A stretch of 64,000 nucleotides of DNA. It comes from Podospora anserina (Eukaryota). Positions 26,498 to 39,273 of the stretch are shown in pieces (the stretch's first letter is position 1; each line of letters starts with the position of its first letter). Position numbers and translations under genes: made by a program. The notes below the pieces were generated by a model. That model worked only from the letters and a program-made list of their open reading frames with translations. It was not told the origin of the DNA and did no database searches. The stretch is from positions 1,674,001-1,738,000 of the forward strand of contig CM030337.1 in NCBI GenBank assembly GCA_017654855.1, read 5' to 3'.

Positions 26498-27633
26498 GTG
26501 GGTGGGTGGTGAGAGGGGAAAAGGGAGAGGTGGTGGTGGGTTTGTTCTTATTTAGCGACAAGGGAAGGAAGGGTGTTTGAAGTAGTGTTGTTACTATTGA
26601 TTTTTATTTTTTTTACTTGATCCTACAGAGCCCCCCAGAAAAGGGGGGGGGAGTGTTATGAGGAGTTTGTACATAAGCCGGCCCCTGCTTTGAGTCTGAG
26701 GGAAAGACGGGGTGGGGGGTGTTTCTTTCAATTTTTCTTGAGTCTTTTTTTATTCTAGGACGTTTTTTTTAATGAGTTTCTCAGCCGGCATGGCGAGCAG
26801 CACTACTTGATTAGCAGGCATGAGCATTGCGAGAGGCGTGGTTTGGGGTATCTAGGGGAGGGAAATATCACGTTAAATTTCATGGTCAACATGATCGTAT
26901 CTCGAGAGTGACTTTGTCAACGTGCTCATGAATGCTGAGCGATATCAAATGGAATCAATAAACCATATATATATAACTACACACTTTCCCCCTCCAAGAA
27001 AGGGGCTTCGGTACAACAAAGGGGGTAGACATTCAAAGCAAACATGTAAAAATAAAATAAAATTCTCCTCCCCCTTCGCCTTTTCCCTCTCTCAGCCTTG
27101 CTAATAATATTGTCCCCCTCCCTCATCACAATGTGTGTAGGTGGCCAATCTTGTTGAGCCCCTCCAATTCATTCCCCCTCCCTTCCTCCCTCATACAAGT
27201 TCAAATTCTTAGGTAAACAATAGTCCATTAATGCAGGAACTTTTTGTGTCCTCTCCCTTCCCCCCCAGTCACTCCCTCCCATTTTCGGAAAACAGGCTTG
27301 TAGGTGAACAGGTTCTAGAAAAGTTCGTGCGTAGGTGTTTGTGAGTAGCGCGTCCGTGTCGTGTCGTTATAATAGCCTATTTCGCTCCTGGCTCAAGTAG
27401 AATGTTGCCCAAGTCCCTCAGAAAATCCCAGACGCGATTGAAAGTGAAGAAAAAGAAAATGAAATCGCGATAACGCCGTCGAAAAGATCATATATGCAGC
27501 CTTTGCGTTCCTCATAACAAGCGAAAAACCCAAGCCAGAGAAAACATCAATTAAGTGAAATTAGAAGGTGTCCTGTCCTTGCCGAAAGAAACTGGGGACA
27601 AAGCTGTAAGATGACACACTGGGTCGTCGAGAC

Positions 27634-30145
27634 CTAGCGGAATTCCATGCTTGGGAAAAGCTTCCGACTCAGCTTGTTGATGTGGAATTCGTACACGCCA
27701 CTCTCGGCGCCGACGAACCTGTTGACAGACAGTCAGCATGAAGCCATAACAAGACACCCGAAAAGCACAACTTACAAGACCTCACCGTCCTCGCTCCACG
27801 ACAAGCCAGCTGTGTCATAGGGTTCCGGTCGGATATGGGACGGCACAATGGACCCAAACATGCGCCTCGTCGGGCTCTCCTCCAGCTCTCGCATCAGGTA
27901 CGCTGCTCTAATACGCCGTTGCAGGTCAGTAAACGGGGCATCCTCAGAAGAGCTTGTGGTAGGGACATCCGCTGCGGTGAGCAGAGAAACAACAAGTTGG
28001 GGTGAGGGGCCGCCGTACAATGCCTCCACGTTGTCCCATCTGCTCGCAGAGGAAGCCGGGCTCGCGTTGGCCATCAGCCGCGCCACCAGCGCCCGCCGAT
28101 CCGAAGTATCAATTCGAGAACCTGAAACAGGAGGACGCGACGAAAGGGGTGCTGCATACCGCCGTCTCTCTGCAATAAAGCTGCCGCCGGTGGCAGCAGC
28201 AGCAGTGTTGCTGGTACTGCTGTAACCTTCCCGCGCCGTGCGTGTCTGTTCCTCGCGCATGCGCAGGTTGTCGCGAAGCCGTTCCCTCTGGTCGCGAACG
28301 TTCCCAAGGAGATCGTCAACGGCACGAGAAACGCTCGCGCTACGGTCTCGTGTTCTCGCGGCACCAGGAGTCAAGGATGATCGTGAGCCTCGCTCAGCCC
28401 ATGGGGATCTGCTGGTACCCGCTCCGTTTCCCGCTCCGCTCCCAGCACCAGTACCAGTCCCCGTCCCCGTCCCCGATCCGCTACCGGTACCGCTTTCGTT
28501 GGCACCGCCGCTGTTCGATGTTGCCCTCGGAAAACTGGTCGACGACCCCCACCGTTCAGAGGCCCGCCGGCCACCCTCCACTGCTTCTAGGGCCACCATC
28601 TCACGCCTTCGGCTACCTTGAATGGCTTCCAGAACAACCGTCTCTTCAGGTGTTAGTGGTATGTTGTATCTCTCCAATGCTTCTCGTACATCTGGTCTCC
28701 GGCCCTGCCGCTCGCCAGCCAAGTCCAGGGTGCTGGAAAAGTTAGAAAGGATGTCACCTCTCTCACGCCGGAATTCCTCAATCAGACGAGGGTCAATAGT
28801 GTCTCGGTCCACCACCGGCAAGTGCTCAAAGTCATCGTCCTGGTCCAGGTACAGAATCTGCCTCTTGTCAAACCCGGTACGAATGTCTGCGATGCCTACC
28901 CTGCCCCGGTCCTCGGTCCAAGCCAGCAGATCGATAGGGCCTGGCGCAAAGGCCATATCACGCACGGCACCAAAGTCCTGGTTTGGTCGTGACGTGGTAA
29001 AAACAGCGCATACGGGATCGGCGGTTGCTACGTCGAGTGCCGCCACATCGAATACTGAGATGGTTCCGTACTGGGTTCCCACCGCAAGGTATCTACCAGT
29101 ACTCGAGAAACACAGCGCAAAACTGCCCCTGTTGTTCTGTTAGTACACACTCAAAGGCTCATGAATAAGGTTGGGTCTCGACCTGTTGTCTGATCGGTCA
29201 TCCTTGCTCTGGCTCTCCAACTGGATCTTTCTACATGGTGTCCACTCGTACAGCGGCTGGCCCGAAATGGAGAAGGAGATGCCTGCGGCTTGTGACTTCT
29301 TCAACCTCCTCTTGTGGATATAAAGATAGGGGTCGTCGCTAATGGCACACAGAAGCTGTCCGTCCGGGGAAATGACGGCGCGGTTCATAAAGTCGGGGTA
29401 CTTGATTTCGTCGAGTGTCTCCATGTTACACAGACTGGCAACAATAACGGTGCTATCGTTGTTGGCCAGAACGGCAACGCCCTCGTCGTAAGCCCCCTTG
29501 CATGGCTTTTGCAATGTAGGTGTGAACCATAGAGTGATGCAGTTCACCCTATCTTTGCCACAATGCCTGCTCCGAGCCACTGAATTTTTGCCAGCATTCG
29601 CTCGGGTTGATCGGGACATGTCCAGCGGCATCCCAGCAGCTCGGTCGCGCAGATGTAGTTCGAGGAGTGTTTCGATATCGTCTTCGGCGCAAGGCTCGTC
29701 GACCCGGAAGGCACTGAAGGCGCCCTTCTCGCCTCCACAGCAGATCCAGCCATTGCGCGCTACCAGACACCTAGGTGGGAACGACAACCGTTTGACCGTC
29801 TCGGATTCGCCAGTCGTGGTGTTTAATCGTTGAACTGTTATGTGCCGCTCCCCCGCCACCAGCGGAAAGAAGACGGCATCTTGACCATGGACTCCAATGA
29901 GGGATCGCAATTGCCAATGCCTAGGATGTGCACAGTTGTATTAGACAGGTAGGACAAGGGCTGCTTGGAAAAAGACATTTGACATACTGCCACCGAACTG
30001 CAGTTCGATAGTGTCGTCGGGGCTTTGCTTGGATAAGATGCTCGGTGGAGTTGTAACTGCGGTTGCAGCCATCAGGTTAGCCATCGTCAAGCGCATTGTA
30101 GGTGTGTATTGGAGTTTGCCCTTACCCGTCGCGAGTGACAGCCAT
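27634..30145 (-). CDS. DUF2415 / WD40-repeat protein (multi-exon)
   Basis: Splicing gives MAVTRDGYNSTEHLIQAKPRRHYRTAVRWQHWQLRSLI, then MNRAVISPDG, GAVRDMAFAPGPIDLLAWTEDRGR and TAGLSWSEDGEVLFVGAESGVYEF. Confidence 0.85.
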
Positions 30146-31404
30146 GGTTGCCGATGTCTTGGCGAGGATGTGCTACGGTGATGCGAACCATCAAATGGGG
30201 TGGTGGGCGATTTGGAAAAGCAAAGCAAAAGCAAGTGTCGCTGGCGATAATGGACAAGGTTGGGAGAGGCCTCTCAGACGACAGTCGTCATTGTCGAGAA
30301 GGCGGAGTAATTGCTTGGGTACGAGGTGGCTCGAGTGGTAAAAAGGCAAAGTTGAGAGGTCGAGGTCTGAACTGCTTGCAAGCTTAATGTTGCGTGCCGC
30401 TTGCTGCTGGTGCTGCTGCTTGTGCCTGTTGCTGCGTCGCGTAAAGTATAAAGGCCCCTCGCCACAATAGGTACAACTGACTGGAAGAAAGGCAAGCCCC
30501 ACAAAGATGAGGGACGGCTGGCTGGGCTGGTCTTGGAGGACAGACAATAGGTATTAATAATAATGATGAGAAGAAGATATACAACTATGGCTTCTTCAAA
30601 TACAGAGTACTAATATTCTTTGGTTGCTGGCAAAAGCCCGCAATCACCGTTCACAGGGCCAAGTACAACTGTGACGCAATCACCACCTTGGATGGTCTCC
30701 AACTGAAACGCTGCCGACAAAACAATTGATTGCGGGCTCGGACCAACAGCAGACGAAACCTCGGGGCTGCGATTGATTCTCCACCGTTCTCCCGACTGCC
30801 GTGGACAAGGCTCCATTGCGGGTGAGCGGCTTCGGAAGGTGGCCCCAGTCAGCCCGGCCCTGATCGTGAAAAGCGAGCGCCGTGCCGAAAAACAGATGGG
30901 TATCACCGGTATCACCGGACCTTGTCCGCAACAGCTTGCTTCTCCTCCACACTGAAACTGAGAAAGTGAGAGGGTAATCTCCAGCACCGGGATGGCAATC
31001 ACGGCAGTTTCATATACCAACGAAAACAAAAAAAAACAAAAAAAAAGTTCTGCGTCAAATGACTTGAAGAATAATTACACAATGGCTCGTCACGTGTCTC
31101 GCCGCCTGGTCCTCGTCTCCCCGGCTTTACGCGGGGGCATTTTCTCTGGAAATGGTCCGTGCTTTGTGGGTCCACCCGCTAGGCCGTGGGCGCTCTGCGA
31201 AATTTCCAACGCCTTCCAAGGTTCGATGACCGTGCTGCTCGAATTTTTTTGCCCAGTACAAAAGACCTTGCCTTGCCTTGCCGTCTTTTTTCCCTCCTCC
31301 TTGTTCCCCATCACCAATCCATACCCTCCCCCGCCGTCTGGTTTTTGCTTTCTGTTTCCTTCCCATCCCGTTCTCACAGGTTGTTTTGAATTGGATTCCT
31401 CAAG

Positions 31405-33599
31405 ATGATGTCCACTCGTCTTTCCCGCGCTGTAAGTAACCCCGCATCATCCGGATATCTGCTCATCGCAAAGCTCCAAACTGCTTCCCAAGAGCTCGAA
31501 CCGCCCGCGCCAGACCACGAATTGTGCTGACCAGCCATGAATACAGCTTCCCAGAGCTTCCACAGTAGCTGCCCGTGCGGGTATGCTCAGGAGGACACCC
31601 GCCTTTGCCCAGAGGCGGTACGAGTCCACAGAGGAGAAGGTCAAGGGTGCCGTCATCGGTATCGATCTTGGTGAGTTTTTTCTCCTCCCCGACGGCTACG
31701 TCAGCAAACGGTCATGGATGCTAACAATGCGACTCTCTAGGCACAACAAACTCTGCTGTCGCCATCATGGAGGGCAAGACCCCCAAGATCATTGAGAACT
31801 CAGAAGGTGCCCGCACCACCCCATCAGTCGTTGCCTTCGCCGAGGATGGCGAGCGCCTCGTTGGTGTGGCGGCCAAGCGCCAGGCCGTTGTCAACCCAGA
31901 GAACACCCTCTTCGCCACCAAGCGGTTAATTGGTCGCAAGTTCACCGACGCCGAGGTTCAGAGAGATATTAAGGAGGTCCCATACAAGATCGTCCAGCAC
32001 ACCAACGGTGACGCCTGGGTTGAGGCTCGTGGCCAGAAGTACTCGCCATCTCAGATTGGTGGCTTTGTCCTCAACAAGATGAAGGAAACCGCCGAGGCCT
32101 ACCTCAGCAAGCCCGTCAAGAACGCCGTTGTTACCGTCCCCGCTTACTTCAACGACTCCCAGCGTCAGGCCACCAAGGATGCTGGTCAGATTGCCGGCCT
32201 CAACGTTCTCCGTGTCGTCAACGAGCCCACTGCCGCTGCTCTCGCCTACGGTCTTGAGAAGGAGGCTGACCGCGTTGTCGCTGTCTACGATCTTGGCGGT
32301 GGTACTTTCGATATCTCCGTTCTCGAGATCCAGAACGGTGTCTTCGAGGTCAAGTCCACCAACGGTGACACCCATCTTGGTGGTGAGGATTTTGATATCT
32401 CTCTCGTCCGCCACATCGTTCAACAGTTCAAGAAGGACTCCAACATTGATCTCACCGGTGACCGCATGGCCATCCAGAGAATCCGCGAGGCCGCTGAGAA
32501 GGCCAAGATCGAGCTTTCTTCTTCCCTCCAGACCGACATCAACCTTCCCTTCATCACTGCTGATGCCTCCGGTCCCAAGCACATCAACATCAAGCTTTCC
32601 CGTGCTCAGCTCGAGTCCATGATGGATCCCCTTATCAAGCGCACCGTTGAGCCTGTCCGCAAGGCTCTCAAGGATGCCAACCTCCAGGCCAAGGACATCC
32701 AGGAGGTTATCCTCGTCGGTGGTATGACCCGCATGCCCAAGGTTGCCGAGTCCGTCAAGAGCATCTTCGGCCGTGACCCTGCCAAGTCCGTCAACCCCGA
32801 TGAGGCTGTCGCCATTGGTGCCGCCGTCCAGGGTGCCGTTCTCTCCGGTGAGGTCAAGGACCTCCTCCTTCTCGATGTCACTCCCCTCTCCCTCGGTATC
32901 GAGACCCTCGGCGGTGTCTTCACCCGTTTGATCAACCGCAACACCACCATCCCCACCAAGAAGTCTCAGGTCTTCTCCACTGCCGCTGATTTCCAGACTG
33001 CCGTCGAGATCAAGGTCTACCAGGGTGAGCGTGAGCTTGTCCGTGACAACAAGCTCCTCGGCAACTTCCAGCTTGTCGGCATCCCCCCTGCCCACCGTGG
33101 TGTCCCCCAGATCGAGGTTACCTTCGACATTGACGCCGACTCCATCGTCCACGTCCACGCCAAGGACAAGTCCACCAACAAGGACCAGTCCATCACCATT
33201 GCCTCCGGCTCTGGTCTCTCCGACTCTGAGATTCAGCAGATGGTTGAGGAGTCTGAGAAGTACGCTGAGCAGGACAAGGAGCGCAAGGCCGTCATTGAGA
33301 CTGCCAACCGTGCCGACTCCGTCCTCACCGATACCGAGAAGGCTCTCAACGAGTATGCCGACAAGCTCGACAAGACCGAGGCCGACCAGATCCGTGAGAA
33401 GATCACCTCTCTCCGTGAGTTCGTCACCAAGACTCAGTCTGGTGAGAGCACCGCCACCGCCGCTGAGATCAAGGAGAAGACCGATGAGCTCCAGATGGCT
33501 TCCCTTAACCTCTTTGACAAGATGCACAAGGCCCGCAACGAGGCTGGCGAGTCCACCTCCAGCACCGAGGGCGAGAAGAAGGATGAGCCCAAGGCCTAA
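31405..33599 (+). CDS. SSC1: Mitochondrial Hsp70 (3 exons)
   Basis: Exons 31405-31431, 31547-31670, 31741-33599; presequence, [18 protein letters not shown], DnaK-like core, no EEVD; strong codon bias. Confidence 0.97.
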
Positions 33600-34101
33600 G
33601 CGTCTTCTGTCTCTTAATCACTATACCCCACAACATATTTTCCTTTCTTCACATGTCTGATTAGGTTGGAGAGGCTACTCCAGTGTATTCTTGTACTCAT
33701 ATATCTCGGTTTTTCGGAGGCTCGCGAGGCTTATCCGGTGTGTTTATTCATGCAGACGGCGGATGGCGTTTTGAGCATCAAAAAACTTTGGCCTGCTTTT
33801 GATTTTTTCACTTGGGGGCAGGAATCATCTTACGAATTCTGACGACTAAGATGGGGTCGGGGAATGGGATGGGAAATTGAGGGAAGGGGTTTTCCCTCTC
33901 GGATCACAAAACAAAGAGGGTCGCATTGTGTGTATTTGTATATACACGGTCCACACACGATACCATCAAAATATAATTGGGAAATCCCCCCTCATGTGTA
34001 CATTAGTTGTTATGGTTTGGAAATGAATGAAGAGAGTTTTCGAATACCAAGTTTTCCACGCGCGAGTTTTGTGTGTTGTCTGTCATGTCGTCTTGGTGTG
34101 T

Positions 34102-36402
34102 CTACCTGTAATCGGAGCAAAAGCTTCTGGAGAGTTGTTTGGTGGATGGGTTCATGTCGTGGACGAGGTGCTTTAGGTCGTCGGGGCGTTCGAGGAAGGT
34201 GAGGAGCATGCCTGCTTCCATGTGCCTGTTTGTAAAAAGAAGGGGTTAATGAGGTGTGTGTGTGTAAGGGGGAGTTGGATAGGTAGGTAGGTATGTATGT
34301 ACCAAGCTACGTGGCAGTGAAGAGCCCAGATACCGGGGTTGTCGGCCAGGAAGCGGATCACGACGTGGGAGAGGCCTGGGATGGTGAGGGTGTCGCGGCG
34401 CATGGGGTTGGGGAGGTTCCATGTTGTGTTGGGGTTTGTGCCACCGGAGAACTCGCCTGGGCCCCAGGCTACGATTTGGAAGGTGTGCCCGCTGTTTTTT
34501 GGGGTTAGTGATTTTGGTGTTTGGGCTGGGGGGAGGAAGGGGGGAAGTACTGGAGATGGAAAGGGTGCTCCATTATGTCGCGGCTGTTGATTGCTATCTG
34601 GACTGTCTTGTTTGGGTCGGGGAGGAGGAGGACTTGTTGGTTGAGGGGGAAGTTGTAGTTGTTGTAGCTGCCGGGGTCGGAGTCGGAGTCAAGGGTCTGG
34701 GGGAGGGATAGCCAGAGTTGGGCGCTGTGGGGGAGGGGGGAGTAGGAGGTCTGATATTGCGTAGGTAGGTACCCGGTTAGTCGTCCGTGAGCACTGGAGA
34801 AAAACGATGGAAGGGGGGACAACACACCCTGTTGATAAAGATCCTATTCACTGGCCCGGCTTGCTGAAACTGAAAGTTGATCTCGTGGGTGTTTTTCGAG
34901 GGGTGTGCCGTGTCTGGTGGGAAGGCGGCCATTTTGCGGATTGGGACGGGGAGGTTGAATGGGAGGTTGGTGCAGTTCTGTGGGATGTCCACCACCGGCT
35001 TTATGTTTTGGGGGAGGGATGAGTTGGGGTTTGGGGAGTAGGATAAGAGGGCTGTGCCTTGGTGGTTGACGCTTTCGAGTATTTCGCTCGTGTATGGGAC
35101 ATAAGGGAGGAAACACGATTTTGGTATGGTGGCTCTCATGACGAAAGATCCGGTGGTGGTGGAGTGAATTGGGGAGACGAGGACGGAGTACCGCTGGCCG
35201 ATGTTGAGATGAATTCCTGGAACGGTGATCGGCTCGACTTCTACCCCGTCGATCTCGATGATGGTCAGGTAAGGGTGGGAGTCAATTGTGAAGTAGAGGG
35301 ATATGAAGGAGGAGTGGTTGATTAAGCGGAGGCGGGTGGTGGTGTTGGGCATGGGGGTGGCGAACTGCCTGCTGGAGGGTTCACAGATCGGGGGCATGAA
35401 TGATAGCCAGGTTGACGAGGTGAGGTTGCAGTTTGTGAAGGCGGCGAGGCCGTTGATGAGGATGACGTCGGGAAGGGGTTCGACGCCTGGCATTGACGGG
35501 GACCATGCTGAGGAGGGCTGGAGGTAGCTTTCCAACAGGTCCTCCCCGTAGGCGTGGAAGCTGCCTCCCATGAAGACTATTCTTTCTGCCGCGATGTCGA
35601 CGTCAGGGGGCAGTCTCTCGTCTGGGTCGTGGACTACGATCGGTCCGTAGAGGCCGTCGGTGTATTGAACTTTGGAATGAGCGTGATACCAGAACGTGCC
35701 TCGCTGGTCGATGATCTCAAACTCGTATGTGAAGCTCTTGCCGGGTGGTATCGCACACTGAGATATCCCTGCCACGCCATCCATCCAAGTGGTGTTTCGT
35801 TGATGGATCCCATGCCAGTGTATGGTCGTGCTTTCGTCCCAAATGAGATTGTTGACCTTGACTCTCACAATATCACCCGTGTTGACCTCGATAAGCGGCC
35901 CTGGACTTTGCCCATTGACGAGCACCATCTTCTTCCACACCCCTGACGGAGCCCCCCGCCTGCGAGTGACATCAAACTCATATTCCCTCAGCCTCTGCTT
36001 CCCAGACTCGACCTTGAAACCGGTTTGCAAATTGAGCTCAGTGGTGTTCACCAGTTTATCCAGTGGTATAGAGCTTGATAGCTTCCACGCTGCCATGATG
36101 AATGCCATGATGAATGTCAGTAAGAAGACTAGAAATGCCCATACCAATACCCATCCAACCCCTAACAGGATTCTCCGACAAATAAGTAGCCACGTCGCCG
36201 CTGCTGGTTGTTCCTCTCTCGATGTCGATAGTTCATGGCCGGGTGTTTGCAGCTTCGAGTACTCATCGGCATCATGTTTCTCGTCCTCCACTGAAGAAAT
36301 CGAGTCCCTGCCGGCATAGTTTAAATCGCGGTCCTTTTCACTGTCGAAAATGATGTTGGAAGCGGAAGGGCGCAAAAGACTTTGAGCATCGTTTCCCGAC
36401 AT
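34102..36402 (-). CDS. Multicopper oxidase (laccase/ascorbate oxidase-like) with N-terminal membrane anchor (4 exons)
   Basis: All four copper motifs present after splicing: HWHG, WYHAH, HPFHLHGH, HCHVAWHMEAGM. Confidence 0.9.
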
Positions 36403-36616
36403 GTTGAAACCAATCACCGGAGATCATAGCATTCACGAAAAACGGCTTGTCAACTGGAAAGAAATGCCTTCTCAATTTCTCTTGAAGAGACACATGGTCA
36501 TGGTATTGTCATCATCTACCATCCCTAGGTCAGCGAGCGCGACGCGAGGAATGCGCTCCCGCCCTGTTTGGCGTTATCGTTCTATCAAAATCGCTAGGCC
36601 ATGCATGTTCCTTAAA

Positions 36617-36717
36617 TCACCTTCCAAAACCAAACCAGCCCCTCTTCTGCGGCTTTGCTTCTGGTTCTGGCTCCTTCTCGGTCCCCTTGCTCTTATCCTG
36701 AACAGCAGCCGCTGGGC

Positions 36718-36748
<31 letters not shown>

Positions 36749-38627
36749 GGCGGGATACTCGATGTAGTTCCACGCAACATCCAAAAACAGGGGCTTGACA
36801 GGGATAGGCTCAAGTTGAGGAGGATAAGTGACAATGTTGTTCAGATCGACACCGCCTGTTGGGTAGTTGAAGAGCCGGGAAGACAGCGGTTTACCAGCGC
36901 CGCCGGTCTGCGAAGCACTCGCCGACTTGTTCAAGCTGTGAATCTCAACCAGAGCGCGGGACCGTTGAAGCTCCCCACCGAGAATGTCTCGGAGCAACCC
37001 AGCGTGTTGGTTCGTGACTTGAATGTTCCTTGGCGCTGGCTTGCCATCATCACTGCCAGACAGAGCTGGAAGGGCGGCGGTACACTGATCAAGCGCATGC
37101 TTGACCAAGGCAAGTGCGTTGACGGTATTTCCAGCAATGGCATGAGATCTGGATATTGCGAGGCACCTTTGGGTTATGTTAGCTTTCATTGAAAAATTGA
37201 ACCGGCACTGGATACTCACTTAAGAGCGGTAAAGTATTGCGATGTGGCCTCGAGCTGAGCGGAAAGCTCCTGGTCGTTTGCAACACCAGGCAGCTCCTTG
37301 ATAGACTCGACACTCTGAAGGATACCGTCGTACAACACGACCTTCTCCTTCAACTTGGCAATCTGTCTGCCAGGGGTGAGATCTCTGCCCTTTTGCTCGA
37401 GAGCCTCCTCGGCTTGCTCTTGCTTTTGCTCTTGCTTCTTCTTTTTCTTGCTAGGGGCACTAAAGTCCAGCCACGCTCCATCGTCCTGACCAATCAAGGC
37501 ACGGTTGCGTCCAATGCGCCAGCTGATCATTTCGTAATTGACAGCAGTCCTGGTGATCTGGAGGCTCTGCATGCGAGAATCGCTCTGTGGGACACCCTCA
37601 GACTTGAGCTCATCAATGGCCTGCTTGGTAGCATCGACAGCATCCTGGCTTGTCACCAAGATATCATCATATGCCCCAGCTAGCTCTCTGGGAGCCAAGG
37701 ACCCGGCTGACGACAGCTTGTCAGCCAGCTTTGCCTTTTCCGCACCCACCGCAGCCCAAGCAATAGCGATTGCAGCGTCCTCAATCTTGACGTCACGTCC
37801 ACGCCAGGTGAGCGTTGCAGGAGCGCCTCCAGCTCCCTGCTTCGCATCCGCATCACCGTGTTGCAAAACGGCGGGATTCTGTTTCTCAATGTGCGCCGCG
37901 AGCTCTGGGCCAGCATGTTGGAAGTACTTTAGCGCAATTTCGGCAATGGGCTGCGTCCGTGGGATCTGGGCTTGGTAGGCAGCATACCGAATCGACGGGT
38001 CGATGGTTTCGGACAGGAGGTCTTTGAAGATGTCGTTTTTGGCCGAGGTAGAAAGCGCACTGTAGATGATACGGGCGACGGAGTAGCTCTTCAGGCAAGG
38101 CTCCCAGTGCTGTTTCTCAAATAGCGCAGCACCCCTGAGCAAAGCAGCATATGCGCGGGCCTCGAGGATGTCGACAGAGCTCGCGCCGCTCGCGGTTTGG
38201 GTGAGGACTTCGGCCAGCTGTTTGGCAGTTCGAGCTCCCTTTTCCAGACGAGAAACAATATGCGACCGGGTCTTTCCACCAATGCCCTTCGTCTCAACCG
38301 AGTGCGCCGCCTTGACGGCCATGGCATCGGCCCATGTTCGTTCGGCTGTCAGAAGCTGGAGGTGGATATAGCTGACAGGCAGTGGGAAGTTAGCAATGTA
38401 ATGATCGCAGTTCAACATGGAGAGTCAATGGCATACTCATGGTCCTCGGCAACCTGTTCAGCAGTGACCTGGTTCCTGGGGTGAAATGTGCCCCGTTTTT
38501 TGGTCGCAATGTTCAGCTTCTTGCGGCAGTTGAGTATCTTTTTGGAGAGCGAGGTATGGTAGGTAGAGTAGTCGCCGTAGAGAAGGGCCTTCTCCCGGTG
38601 GGAAACGACAAACTTGGTGATATCCAT
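36617..38627 (-). CDS. SRP68: Signal recognition particle subunit SRP68 (3 exons)
   Basis: MDITKFVVSHREKALLYGDY, LLTAERTWA, IDPSIRYAAYQ, PQLEPIPVKPLFLDVAWNYIEYP, GWFGFGR end. Confidence 0.93.
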
Positions 38628-39273
38628 CCCGGCTGTCCCTGTCGTCGATGTCGCCGTTGTTGTGACTTGTGTTGAGGCTCTGGCCCAGGAGGTAACGGGT
38701 AACGGTGTTAGCACCGACACAGGAGTGGGGCTATTTTTGACATCGACTTGGGCTCCCACGCTGTGGATTTTAGTTTGTGCCCCGCAGTGTGTGGTCCAAG
38801 CTCCCAATGGTAACAGCCCCCGTACCGTACCGTATTTCGGGTGCTCCCCCACTAGAAGCTTGCGCCGAACATCAGCCCAGTGAGCTGCTGCGTGCTCCAC
38901 CCCAGTTCAAGATGGTTGACAGCGCCATCCAAATTTTTTGACGACTTTTTTGGAGAACGACGCCACATTCAAACACCCACCGTCCGTCCCTACCTCGATT
39001 CCAGCACCAGCCCTCTGTGCTGCGACCTCCCCGGCCCTCCAATTTGCAATTTTTCTTAGGACCAGTCCTGGGGATACGCCCTTCTCAACATGACGTATCG
39101 CGCAGGAGCGCAGTTTCTTCCTCACCACCACGAAGTATAGATACAACTGGTTTCGGCTTCGATTAACCCCCGACGAGCCCCGACAAGACGAACTGTTTGG
39201 TTGTAGGGCTGTGGATGATGTGCTCAGACCCTCGTGGGGTTTTGGATCCGAGACAGAGTTGACACCTGCGACG

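Noticed and set aside
31198-31207. Heat-shock element upstream of SSC1 (cGAAatTTCc)
   Set aside because: Only two nGAAn units; too short to distinguish from chance.
31926-33527. 533-aa antisense ORF over Hsp70
   Set aside because: A well-known by-product of strong codon bias in hsp70/dnaK genes; no independent gene signals.
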